Assembly: GCA_016748015.1 (NCBI GenBank)
Contig: JAAOMT010000591.1
Coordinates: forward strand, 323,532 to 387,531
DNA from: Geosiphon pyriformis uo1
Lineage: Eukaryota > Fungi > Glomeromycota
Direction: 5' to 3'
DNA: 64,000 nt
Shown: one piece after another, positions 49,601 to 61,426 of the stretch
Numbering within the stretch: the first letter of the stretch is position 1
How the letters are laid out: each line of letters begins with the position of its first letter
The notes under the pieces: model-generated
Database searches by the model: none
Told to the model about the DNA's origin: nothing
The model's input: only the letters and a program-made list of their open reading frames with translations
Translations under genes and position numbers: made by a program

Positions 49601-52600
49601 AAAGATCTGCTGGATGCATTGGACATATGTATTGGAGGATACTACTGTGCAGTCCTCTAATAAATTGATTCAAAATTTGTGGCACTGTGAAATAATTAGC
49701 CTGTATGGCCTGAATTTGGTGCAGATTTTTATAAAAGTGTCCTAAGTAAGTAGTAACTGCTTCATTTTCTCCTTGCTTGATGGTGGTGAAAGTGTTTGCC
49801 AATCAGTTAATACTATTATTATTACTGAAATATTGTAGAAATGCAAGCTTGAATGCATTGAAATCTTGGGGTTTGTTAACCAAGCTTTGATATCATGAAT
49901 TGGCAGTATTTTGGAGAAAATAAGGGATGACTTGTATGGCTCTGACATCATTTCATTTATTGGCCGCAATGGCTTTTTTCACATTGTTCAGCCATACTTG
50001 GGTGTTGTCCTCTTCACCAATAAACTTTTCGAGTTTTGCTATTGGAACATAGACTATTAGATTCAAGTTTAGTTGTTGTGGTCATTGAAGTAGTAATTGA
50101 ATTTAAAATTGTGGTAGTTGCTGTTGTTGTGGAGTAACTGGTGGTGAATTGATAATGATTACCAGAGATAAGTGTTGTTGATTATTAATGTTGGGGTTTG
50201 GATTATTCTGATTTTTCTGGGTTTAAAAATTTGAAGTTTCAATTTCTGAATTTTCTAAATTTGGATCTTGCTAAGTCTGAAAGTTTGGGGTTTCAATGTC
50301 CAAGATTTCTGGAATTAGGTTCTGATAAGTAAATTTTTGATCTTTGGCTTTTTTTTCTTCCTCTTCTTCTGATTCTGTTATCTCCCAGGAACTTGCATTT
50401 CTGAAATTTGGTTGAGGTAATGGTGATTGAAATTCTAATGAGGTAGTTGATTGCTATTTAAATTCTTCAAAATAATTGCTATAAGTCTCTAATAACTCTG
50501 TTTTCTTTTATTTACTTTGAAATAGGAGTTGTCCAAATGTTGATGTCATATTTGATGTGGATGTGTCTATTGATAAAATGTTAATGGCGCTTCTAGGTAT
50601 ATAGTGATATGATAAGTTTGTTGGTAATTCAACTCTAATTTTCTTCCAAGTAGGTGGTTGGATTCCTTTTGGTATCACTGTTGGGGTTTGTAGTCTTTCT
50701 TTTCCTTTGTCTGCATAAATAATTGGGAATTGTTGTTGTGGGTATCTTTCAATGGTTTTATTAATTTTCTTAATAATTGGTATGAAACTGTGATTTCTTG
50801 GTAAGCTGGTGTGTTGAAATAATTCTGTATAGAAGTTTTCTCTTGCTGATTCGATGTTAACTGTTCCTTCTAGACAGTCTGTAATCTTTTCATTAACATA
50901 AAAATTGAAAGTGAATTCTGCTGGATAATGGTTGTTGGTTAAGCTCAATTGTTGGCTGTACTGTTGAAATAAGAATTTGGCAAATCCTAAATGGTTTGTT
51001 CCTATGATTTCTAATTCTGCCACTTTTAGATAGTTGTTGTTGGTGCTGGTTCTCTGTAGAATTATACCTCACAGAAAGCACCAAATGTTACAGATGATTA
51101 TTTGGGATCTCAAATCAAATAACAAACCCATAACTTGGTGCTCAATTGATAATGTGATTGGTAATTTCTGAAGGTGTTGTTATGGTTTAAGAATTTAGCA
51201 AAAAGAATCATAAAAATAATACAAACTATTTAATCATAATATAGTGCAGTAATAATCTTAGAAAGGTAATGATTAACATAGTAGCAAACACCATTTCGTG
51301 ATAGTGACAAGCACCAGTTCACAATAGCAGCCAATACCAACTGGTAATAGCAGCAAACACCAGGTTGAAATATCAAAAAGAAAGTATTATAATGTGTTTT
51401 CTTGTAGAACTACAAACATGTATATATACAGTAGTTTTAATATTAGGAAAAGAAATCAAGTAATAAAAATCATAACTTATCAAGCAATAGATCCCATTTT
51501 ATCCAACAAACTCCACTTTAAATCATACTTTCAAATTAAATATCCCAAGAAATCTTTAAATCAAAAAGAAATGAAAAGAATATTTAAAACTGAATTATCA
51601 CAACCCAAAGTATTAAGAAACTTACTTGTATTATTTATTGAATGAAACTATCATTCATCAACTGAATCTCTTGGAAGAATAATCCTTGATCAAGATTATT
51701 TACGTTGTTACTAATTGATAAAAGCTTTATTGTAAGAATTAGAAAAAGCGCTAAAAACCATTAACATTCTGTGTTTTTAGATTAGAGAAACACATCAGAC
51801 AATTGCAAGGATAGCCTCAGAGAAGACCCCAGATAGTGGGTAGATTTCAGTTCAGCCTCTGAAAAGGAGTACATAAACACACACAACAATCAGGAATTGA
51901 AGAATAACTTACATTGCAACATTAAAAAGAAAGCCTTCAGTATAACAGTGACATTATCACACAAATAGAATTGAGGAACTCACGAAAGACTGATTGCAAT
52001 TAAAACAAGATATCAGCAATTAAATATAACAAAAAAACTATTCCATAACATTTGGTGAATCCTACAAGAAAAGAAAATCAAAAAGGAAATAATAATTAGC
52101 AATAATTTATTGCTAAAAAGGAAGAGACAAAAGTGGCGACAAAAACCCCTAATCTTACTGTTCTTGAATTCTGCCATGCTATTTACACACAAAATCAAAG
52201 TGATCTTGGATTACCAGAAGAGTGTTGTCCAGCAGAATCTGCTCTCACTTATTATATCAATGCCAGAATAAATTATCATATAGGAAAAGAAAAAGAACCA
52301 CATGACACAAAACTTGGATTATATAGAGAATTATCACAATACACTACAAAAGAAGTAGCAGTAATAGCCGCAACTATTGTCAAAATCCATTGAGAAATTG
52401 AGCAATATGCCAACAAAAATTTTCCAATATCCACAGGAAACATTAGGGAATGCACCAACAAAACCAAAGAAAATTTAGAAACTAATCAAGAAAGTAACCA
52501 GCAAAAACTAAGAACACTAGCTCAAACACCAAAGAAAACTGTTACTCAATCAATAAAGAAACAACGTATTTATTCACCAGAAGATAAATCATACCATTTT

Positions 52601-55561
52601 TCACCAGAAAATAAGATACAAATTCCATTAGGAGCTGCATCATCATCAACATCAACTCCACAAACGCCAAGAACTTCTAGTTATACTGATAAAATTAAAC
52701 AACGTAACTGGAGAGACATACCAATTACAGGAGGATATTCATCACTATTCCAAAACCCTCTTTTTCAGCCAAAATTTAGAACGGGGTTTGAAAACCGTGA
52801 AGAGGAGTCTGAATCGGAATCCAAAAAAGAGACCAGTGAAAAAACAATCACAAGACCAGTCACTGGAACAAGCAGCCAGTCCAGAAACCAAGAAACTCAT
52901 GATCAAGAGGAAGAACTGGATATAAGGGAAGCTACCTTTAGGAATGTTCAAGGAAATATCATCCCACTTTCTCTTAGACCAATAAGCCCACCAGTAGAAA
53001 ATGGCAACAAAATGACCACACCATACATTGTAAGACTAACAGATTTCTCAGGAGAGGAAGAAGAAATGGACGTGCACACATGGCTTAGAGAAGCACAAAA
53101 AGCCATCCAGGCAAATAACTGAAATGACCAAAGAGCAATTCAAACATTACCTTTTTTCCTGAAAAGCACAGCCGACTCGTGGTATCAAAGCCTGGAAACA
53201 AAACCCACGAGCTTCGCTGAATTTAAAAATGCACTTCTGGAGTATTTTAGCAACCCAAACACCGTAATCCAACTACAGAACGAATTCAATACTATCAAGC
53301 AAAATACTGGTGAAACTGTCACCCAATACCTTGCTCGATTCAATCGAATTTACCGTCAGATTGAAGCGATTAAACAAAGATACTACACTGATCCTCAGGT
53401 TTTAAATCAGTTTATTAGAAGATTAAAAAGCAGCATTTTAGGAAGAATATGCTCTGCCCACCCTAATTCCTTACCAGAAGCCATTATGCTCACCAGAGCC
53501 CTTGAATCAGTTGAAAAAAAAGCTAACCATAGTCAAATAGTTAACATAGTAATAAAAGAAAATAAGACAGAAACATTAGAGAAAAGAGTAATACAATTAG
53601 GGAAGAAACTCTCTAAGAAAATAGAAAGTTGCCTCATCCCAGATCCAAGAAAAAATACATACCAACCACCCCAAAGATGCAGCCAGGAAGTCAGTGACAG
53701 TCGAAATAATTGCTCATCGTACCAGGAATTCAGAACAGAAACGCGTGCCTGCCATTTTTGCAAATGCGTAGGACATTTGATTAGTCAATGTCGAATGCGA
53801 ATGATGCAGGAAGCACGCGAAAATAATTACTACACGCCACCCCAAATGCCCAGAAACCAGTATACACCAATACCATGCCAATATCCCACCACGTATCAAA
53901 ATCAAGGAGCTTACCAGCAACAGCCCATGATAGCCAACCCAAATTGATGTCCTAAGGCCCGAAATCAGCCCATGTGGAACCAGAACACATTGGTCCAGAG
54001 AAATCCAAACCACGCCAAAACCAATCAGCAAACCAATCTAAACTACCAAAATTATCAACAAACTTACTTTAATATACCAGAAAAACTGATCATCGGAAAT
54101 AATGACAGTAGAAACATAAACAGAACCAAGAATTCCTCCAACAAATTGAGCCAGACAATACTACCAGCAGTTGCCACTAAAGATAGCAGCCTCGCAGCTA
54201 TTTTTCCTTTTGAATTAGAGGAAAACAAGGCTATATTCAGTGGAGCAGCATTGGACAAAAAATGCCCAATCACTGCTATGTATACGGAAGTCACTGTAAA
54301 CAATACCCCAATCAAACTTATCTTAGACAGTGGATCCACTGGAAGCATCATAACGCTTCAACTAGTAAACCAACTGGGTTTCAAAGTTGATCATGCTGTG
54401 ACGTCCCAAATCATAACAGCCGATGGAAGTACAAAGCTGCCTCATGGCGAAATCGACTCATTCTCTTTCGAAATTAATGGCATAGTAATACCTACAAAAG
54501 TATTAGTAATGGACACTACATAATATCAAGCATTAGTAAGGAATGACTGGCTAACAAAAGCCAATGCCACTCTAGACTGGACCACCCAAGAGCTTCTGAT
54601 CAATTATAATGGCCACCAGGCCAAAATTCCAGCTACCTATGGCCACTTCCAAAAACCCAGTGCCAACCAAAGACCTATCTTCGAATTTGAGGAAAATCCA
54701 GTACTACCAGCCGTACCAATGTGGACCAGTGAAAAAAGATCTGAATGGAACCAGGTAAGTTCACAAAGAAACTACCAGTGACGCAAACCAAAGCTAGAAT
54801 GCTCGGTTTGCAAGAAAAAACTCTTGTCTATGACTGCGTACAGCACACTGGACAAAGACCCAAGAAACCTCACCCACTACTATTGTAACCGTTGTAACAA
54901 AGAAAAATACAGTTATCCAGAAAGACATGGAAAATGGGACGAGGAACTATGTCTCACTTGTGAAGAACCGTTATCAAGAGGATGCGACTGGAACGACATA
55001 TCAGGCAGAAGAGGAACGTGTGACGCAACTTGCCAATACACAATCCTCATCTGTAACTGGGTAAGAGGAGGAATGCCATTCGAAGCAGCATTCAACAGAG
55101 TGTTAAAAAGACTACAGCACTACTCACACGACAAGAACGAGTTGTACAACACCACACAAGCCAAAGTAAGAGGAGGAACTGCCGAAGAAATACGACATTG
55201 GAAAGAGTCAGCCGAAGTAGCTAATGAAGTCACCAGCTACAACATGTTTGACCCAGTGGACGAATTCCAGGACTACTACCAACAACTATGCCCCACTCGA
55301 CAAAAGCAAGAACAATATCTCACCCAAATCAACACTTACCTCTGTAAAAACTGTCTCATTCCATGCCAAAATCAGTGCTGTGAAGAGTGTCAAGATGAAA
55401 GGGACTTAGAAAAAAAAATGGAAATTGAGAATCAGCAGTCTCAAAATCAATCAATAAATCAACAAGACTCACCTGACAGTTCCAAGTCAGAAAAATTTGT
55501 AGCCTATACCAACCTAGAACAGGTGACTGACATCCAATACTTTGACAATGGGCACTTAGGA

Positions 55562-55957
55562 ATAATACCTGAAAGAGCCCATCTAACTGATGCCAGATTT
55601 GATCTACGTTATCCGGAAGACCAATCCACAATGTTACCACTTAGGAGCATCACCAAAATTGACCTAAAAATAGCGGTTAAAATTCTGCCAGGAATAATGG
55701 TTCAAATAGCATCACAATTAAGCCTCGTGAAAAAAGGAATAAGCGTTCAAGGAGGAATAATTGACTCCAGATACACTGGAAATTTGATGGTTTTGCTACA
55801 GAACAATTCAGAAAAGCCTTATACCATTGAATCTAAGGAAAAGATTGCACAAGCAATTTTTCTACCATTGGTAAAAATTGGGAAATTTGTGCCAGTGGAA
55901 AATTGTGAGGAATTGTCACAAACAATAAGAAGAACTTTTGGTTTCGGATTAACAGGA
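55562..55957 (+). pseudogene. dUTPase domain in E pol
   Basis: IIPERAH.TDARFDL, GGIIDSRYTG, KIAQAIF, R.TFGFGLTG. Confidence 0.92.
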
Positions 55958-57208
55958 AAAGGAATTGAAGTGAATTTTGCTGAAACAATAGAGGAAAAAA
56001 GCAAAGTAATTAAAAATGAGCAGTTCATCACACTCCTACCATATGGAAAATCAGAAATAAGAATAAAAAGGACAATTAAAGAAAAAGACCTAATATTTGA
56101 GCCCTACCCAGAAACTTGCCAACAGTTTCTTATAGGACTTACTAACCTTTTTATTCCAGCTGATAAAGCTCAATGGATAAAAATTCCTATCGCAAACACC
56201 ACAGAAGAACCCATCTACATTCCGGAAGATACCATCATTGGATACCTCGGAACAGAGCTAGAAAACGCGTCAACACCACAAGAAATTCTAAATTTCCCAG
56301 AAATTGCCCTCTACTGTGAACTCACTTCAATAAATTGCCAACAACTGTTAGAATGTTATCAATTTACACCAAAAGAATTGGCCAAATTAAACATTGGAAC
56401 AATGAATTCTGACTAACAGCGACAATTAAAAGCATTAATTTTAAAATACTCTGATATATTTTCACGAAATAGCGAATTTGGAAGAACCAACTTGGTTCAA
56501 CACCAAATCCCCACTGGAGACGCCAGACCTGAAAAACAATGTGCTTACCATGTCTCACCAATGGAGCATAATTTTATCAGAGAAGAAGTCCAAAGCATGT
56601 TGGAAAAAGGAATAATACAACCATTAATGAGCCCATGGTCCTCACCAGTTGTTTTAGTAAAGAAAAAGAATGGAAAAATTAGAATTTGTGTCAACTATTG
56701 CAAACTAAACAGCAAAACAACTAAAGACTCATACCCAATACCATTAATTGACGAAATCTTTGACGTTTTTGGAGGAGCAAAATGGTTTTCTACATTGGAC
56801 TTGACCAGTGGGTACTGGCAAGTGGAAATGGACCCAAAGGACAGACATAAAACAGCATTCACAACACAAAATGGCAATTATGAATTCAATATAATGCCAT
56901 TTGGATTAACAAACGCTCCTGCGACATTTCAAAGACTAATGGACATAATTTACTCCAGAATCCTGTGGCAATCCGTTGTTGTCTACTTGGATGATACAAA
57001 TGTTTTCTTGTCAAAATTCACAGATCATCTCCAACATTTACAACAAGTTTTTGAGAGATTGAGACACGCTGGACTTAAACTAAATCTAAAAAAATGTTTC
57101 TTTGAGAAAAATGAGCTAGCATTTTTAGAACACGTAGTTGAAAAAGATGGAATAAAACCAGATCCATCAAAAATAGACAAAGTGAAAAATTTTCCAGTAC
57201 CTCGAAAC

Positions 57209-57283
57209 NNNNNNNNNNNNNNNNNNNNNNNNNNNNNNNNNNNNNNNNNNNNNNNNNNNNNNNNNNNNNNNNNNNNNNNNNNN
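57209..57283. other. Assembly gap (N run); real gap is probably longer
   Basis: The RT thumb and RNase H N-terminus present in B and C are missing across the gap. Confidence 0.95.
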
Positions 57284-57613
57284 ACGTGTAATCACTTATG
57301 CCAGCAGAAGTCTCAGTATGGCAGAACAAAACTACGCAGCACATGAACTTGAATGCTTAGCAGTAGTCTGGAGTTGTGTTCACTTTGACACATATTTACG
57401 GTACCAACCCTTTGAGATTACAACAGATCATAGAAGTCTGGTCTGGTTAAATAACAAGAAAGTGCTAAAAGGAAAATACGCCAGATGGTTACAAACATTA
57501 GCACCATACAATTATATTATCAAATACAAAGAAGGTACCAAAAATACTTATGCTGACTGTTTGTCAAGAATGAGACACACATAAAAATCACCAACCCACC
57601 TGCCACAACAACA

Positions 57614-58993
57614 ATGAACAACCATCTTTACAAAAACCTCAGCCAATACTTGGAAACACTACAAATAGACGAAGAAATGCCAGTAAAAGAGCTAATTAAG
57701 CTCCAAAAATTAGCAAAACACTATTTCATCCAAAATCACATACTTTATTACCAGAATCGACAAAATCCAGATAATCTATTAAGAATTATAACCATGGATG
57801 AAAAAGAAACTATCTTATTTAACATGCACTCAGATATTCATTCAAGCCACTTTGGAAAAACAGCAACCATCCAATGTGCAACTAGCCGTTACTATTGGCC
57901 AAAAATAAGTTCAGACATAATCCAATACATAAAAAATTGTGACTCATGCCAACAAAGAGGAGGAGCAAAAACAACAGAATTATTAAGACCAATAAAAGTT
58001 GGACAGCCATTTGACAGAATTGGAATTGATTTAGTTGGACCCTTACCAATAACAACAAGAAACAACTATTATATTGCAGTAGCCATAGACTATCTCACCA
58101 AATGGCCAGAAGCTAGAGCTATTAAAACAGCTGATGCTATTTCAGTAGCTCAATTCGTACATGAAAACTTAATTTGCCAACATGGATGTCCACAAGAATT
58201 GCTATCAGATCAAAGCACACACTTCATAAACAGCACCTTAAAAGAACTTAGCCAAAAATTTGGAATTAAGCGACCACTGTCATCACCATACCACCCTCAA
58301 ACAAATGGATTAGTTGAAAGATTTAATCGCACATTATGCAAATCACTGGCAAAAATTAGTAATGAACATGAAAAAGAATGGGATTTGTTCATACCAGCAG
58401 TACTACTAGCATATAGAACAGTAAAACAAGATACTACACAATTTACACCATTTGAACTAGTTTATGAAAGAAAAGCCACATTACCAGTTGAACTTACTAT
58501 CCCAACTTATCCAAGTGACACTATCATGGAAGCAACATTCCAGAAAACATTACTTAGAAAAACATACGAATTAATAAGAACTTTAGAAAACAAAAGAAGA
58601 AAAGCAGCACAAAATATTGAACAATTACAAGAACAACAAAAAGTGAGACATGATAACCAGTTACCAGATAATATAATTAGCTACAAAATTGGAGATAAAG
58701 TATTGTTGCATCATACAAAAATGGAAAAACAGTGGAGTGGAAAATTTGATCACAAGTGGGATGAACCATTTTATATTCATGAAATACTTGGAAATGGAGC
58801 ATACAAGCTAAGACTAGATGATAAAATATTAGGAAAAGCAGCACATGGTAACTGGCTGAAATTCTATTACAGTAAACCAGTAATAACAACAAAAACACCC
58901 AGAATTGAAACACAATTACCTTTAATTCTACCAGAACAAATTCCACGAGATTTAGAACCAATAGTTTTAATTGAACATTATTCAAAAAGATAA
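57614..58993 (+). CDS. E integrase, stand-alone uninterrupted 459-aa ORF
   Basis: acaacaATGaac 29 nt after the RNase H stop. HSDIHSSHFG..CDSCQ, IGIDLVGP, LSDQ, PYHPQTNGLVERFNRTL. Confidence 0.9.
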   Translation: MNNHLYKNLSQYLETLQIDEEMPVKELIKLQKLAKHYFIQNHILYYQNRQNPDNLLRIITMDEKETILFNMHSDIHSSHFGKTATIQCATSRYYWPKISSDIIQYIKNCDSCQQRGGAKTTELLRPIKVGQPFDRIGIDLVGPLPITTRNNYYIAVAIDYLTKWPEARAIKTADAISVAQFVHENLICQHGCPQELLSDQSTHFINSTLKELSQKFGIKRPLSSPYHPQTNGLVERFNRTLCKSLAKISNEHEKEWDLFIPAVLLAYRTVKQDTTQFTPFELVYERKATLPVELTIPTYPSDTIMEATFQKTLLRKTYELIRTLENKRRKAAQNIEQLQEQQKVRHDNQLPDNIISYKIGDKVLLHHTKMEKQWSGKFDHKWDEPFYIHEILGNGAYKLRLDDKILGKAAHGNWLKFYYSKPVITTKTPRIETQLPLILPEQIPRDLEPIVLIEHYSKR

Positions 58994-59077
58994 TTAATCT
59001 TAGATCACGACAAAAATGATTTAACAACCATAAAAACACATGCAAAAGATTCCAAAATAGCAGTCAAAATTAAAACA

Positions 59078-59341
59078 ATGATACTTATTCTAGAAAACAT
59101 CAACAATATAACTCAACAATTAGTTGAAAGCTTACAACAATTAAAATCTGATCTGGAAATCACAGTTAATAGCTCCAAGATAACATACATAAAAAGAACN
59201 NNNNNNNNNNNNNNNNNNNGACTTACCAATTCGCAATTTCAAGAATTACAACAACAAATTAATAACACAGTATTGAACCATTATAGTAACTTAGAATTTA
59301 ATGAAAAAATTAACTTCAATTTCGATGGAGCTCAATTTTAA
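59078..59341 (+). pseudogene. E ORF3 (middle lost in N gap 59200-59219)
   Basis: Both ends resemble B ORF3 (ENINNITQQL...LEITVN; LTNSQFQELQQQI...FDGAQF*). Confidence 0.7.
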
Positions 59342-61426
59342 AAGAAGGGAATAATGTTACGATTTAAGAATTTAGCAAAAAGAATCATAAAAATAATACA
59401 AACTATTCAATCATAATATAGTGCAGTAATAATCTTAGAAAGGTAATGATTAACATAGTAGCAAACACCATCTTGTGATAGTGACAAGCACCAGTTCACA
59501 ATAGCAGCCAACACCAACTGGTGATAGCAGCAAACACCAGGTTGAAATATCAAAAAGAAAGTATTATAATGTGTTTTCTCATAGAACTACAAACATGTAT
59601 ATATATAGTAGTTTTAATATTAGGAAAAGAAATCAAGTAATAAAAATCATAACTTATCAAGCAATAGATCCCATTTTATTCAACAAACTCCACTTTAAAT
59701 CATACTTTCAAATTAAATATCCCAAGAAATCTTTAAATCAAAAAGAAATGAAAAAGAATATTTAAAACTGAATTATCACAACCCAAAGTATTAAGAAACT
59801 TACTTGTATTATTTATTGAATGAAACTATCATTCATTAACTGAATCTCTTGAAAGAATAATTCTTGATCAAGATTATTCACGTTGTTACTAATTGATAAA
59901 AGCTTTATTGTAAGAATTAGAAAAAGTGTTAAAAACCATTAACATTCTGTGTTTTTAGATTAGAGAAACACATCAGACAATTGCAAGGATAGCCTCAGAG
60001 AAGACCCCAAACAGTGGGTAGATTTCAGTTCAGCCTCTGAGAAGGAGTACATAAACACACACAACAATCAGGAATTGAAGAATAACTTACATTGCAACAT
60101 TAAAAAAAAAGCCTTCAGTATAACAGTAACATTATCACACAAATAGAATTGAGGAACTCACAAAAGACTGATTACAATTAAAACAGAATATTAGCAATTA
60201 AATATAACAAGAAAACCATCCCGTAACAGTGTGTTTATCTAAAGGTTTTGTTGTGGAGTTCTTTGTATAATAGACAGAAATTTAATTGTTATCTTCTCAG
60301 TAGCCTTTTGGAATCACAATTCTGTCGAATTTCTTTCTCAACATGGTGGCCAGTAATCTGGCAGAGATGCCCTTCTGGTAAGCTATTCTTAAATTCTCAA
60401 TTTCTATACTTTTCTTTTGGGGTCTTTTACCAGGCTATTTTTGATGTCAATAACTCAGCACTTAATCTTCAATTAATTAGTACAATAATATAATAACAAA
60501 ACTAAAAGAAATAAAAGAAAATAAGCCAAGACAATGAATTTTAGTATTCTGTCAATAGCCATAATCAAGAGCTATTGTTCCAGTGTGGTTTAAGTATCAA
60601 TTGTTATCAACATAAAATGTTGATAGTAAAGAGTGTATTTGAGATATTGATATTTGTGATGTGAAAGGTTGCTTTAGATTAAATCTAAACTTGAGAAGTC
60701 TGTAACTAAAAGGTTCTGTCTCTTTCTGTTTTTAACACTACTGCTATATATACATAATTAAGATTCCTCAATTCCTTAATTCTTCACACCAGGAATCCTG
60801 GAATTCCTGGAATCTTGCAATTTTTTTTGAAAGAAATTCTGGAATTCTAAAATCTTGCAATTCCTTGTATGAGAATTCTGAAATTTCTGGAATCTTGCAA
60901 TTCTTTTTAAGAGGAATTTTGGATTTCCATATTTACTACAGCTACTTCTAATTGGCTATTTATATGCTAATATACTTCTTATATTTTATAAGTAATAATG
61001 GCTATTAATGAGATACTAACATTTATTGTCTTGGCTTATTTCTTTATTTTCTTTTATTTTCTTTTATTATTATTTTTTGTTTTACTAATTGGTTAAGAAT
61101 TAAAAAATGCTAAGTTACAAATGTCATAGGGACTAATAAAAGACCCATGAAACAAGGGTAGAAAACTCATAGATTTGAGGATAGCTTACCAGAAAGATTA
61201 CTGGCCATCATGCTGAGAAAAAAATTTGATAGAATTGTGATTCTGAGAGGTGACTGAAAAACAACTATTGAATCTCTGTTCATTATACAAAGGGCTCAAC
61301 CAAAACCTTCAGATTATAAAAATCTTCAAATACAGTTAATCTTTAGAAACCAACATCATTATATCAATTAAGCACCAAGTTATGGGTTTGTTATTTGCTT
61401 TGAGACTCAAATAATCATCTATAACA

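Larger units (their letters stand above)
34551..51023 (-). pseudogene. C gag-PR-Cys-rich-dUTPase-RT-RNaseH (interrupted by B at 37335-47545)
   Basis: Gag 51023-~48900, protease DSG ~48570, dUTPase 36403-36777 (TGFDLRYP, GGIIDTGY, KIAQAIF), RT ~35000-35800, RNase H ends NADGLSRIKQT*. Confidence 0.9.
52133..57584 (+). pseudogene. E gag-PR-Cys-rich-dUTPase-RT-RNaseH
   Basis: One frame up to the N gap. CHFCKCVGHLISQC, LILDSGS, YLDD; ends TYADCLSRMRHT*. Confidence 0.92.
51178..60228 (+). mobile_element. Element E: full-length dUTPase-bearing Gypsy of a different LTR family, best preserved; inserted in the 5' LTR of C
   Basis: LTRs 51178-52050 and 59355-60228, perfect TSD GTGT, PBS TGGTGAATCCTACAAG at 52053 (tRNA not assigned), PPT aaaagaagggaataa. 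Confidence 0.95.
31599..60997 (-). mobile_element. Element C: full-length dUTPase-bearing Gypsy, interrupted by B and E
   Basis: 3' LTR 31599-32455 (857 bp); 5' LTR 51086-51177 + 60233-60997 (857 bp). TSD atag/atgg, PBS 51066-51083, PPT ~32456-32470. Confidence 0.92.
31211..61426 (+). repeat. LTR D, split by element C (pieces 31211-31598 and 61002-61426)
   Basis: The two pieces rejoin as aatagctcttgatt-at(a/g)g-ctattaatg, matching the intact B LTR (47085-47110). Termini tgttat..ataaca. Confidence 0.85.

Noticed and set aside
51394-51645. ORF inside the E LTR (also 59571-59765)
   Set aside because: No motifs, and frameshifted between the two LTR copies.
22229-57584. Alternative genetic code explaining the in-frame stops
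   Set aside because: Stops fall at different positions in sister elements and match C>T/G>A decay; host genes use the standard code.
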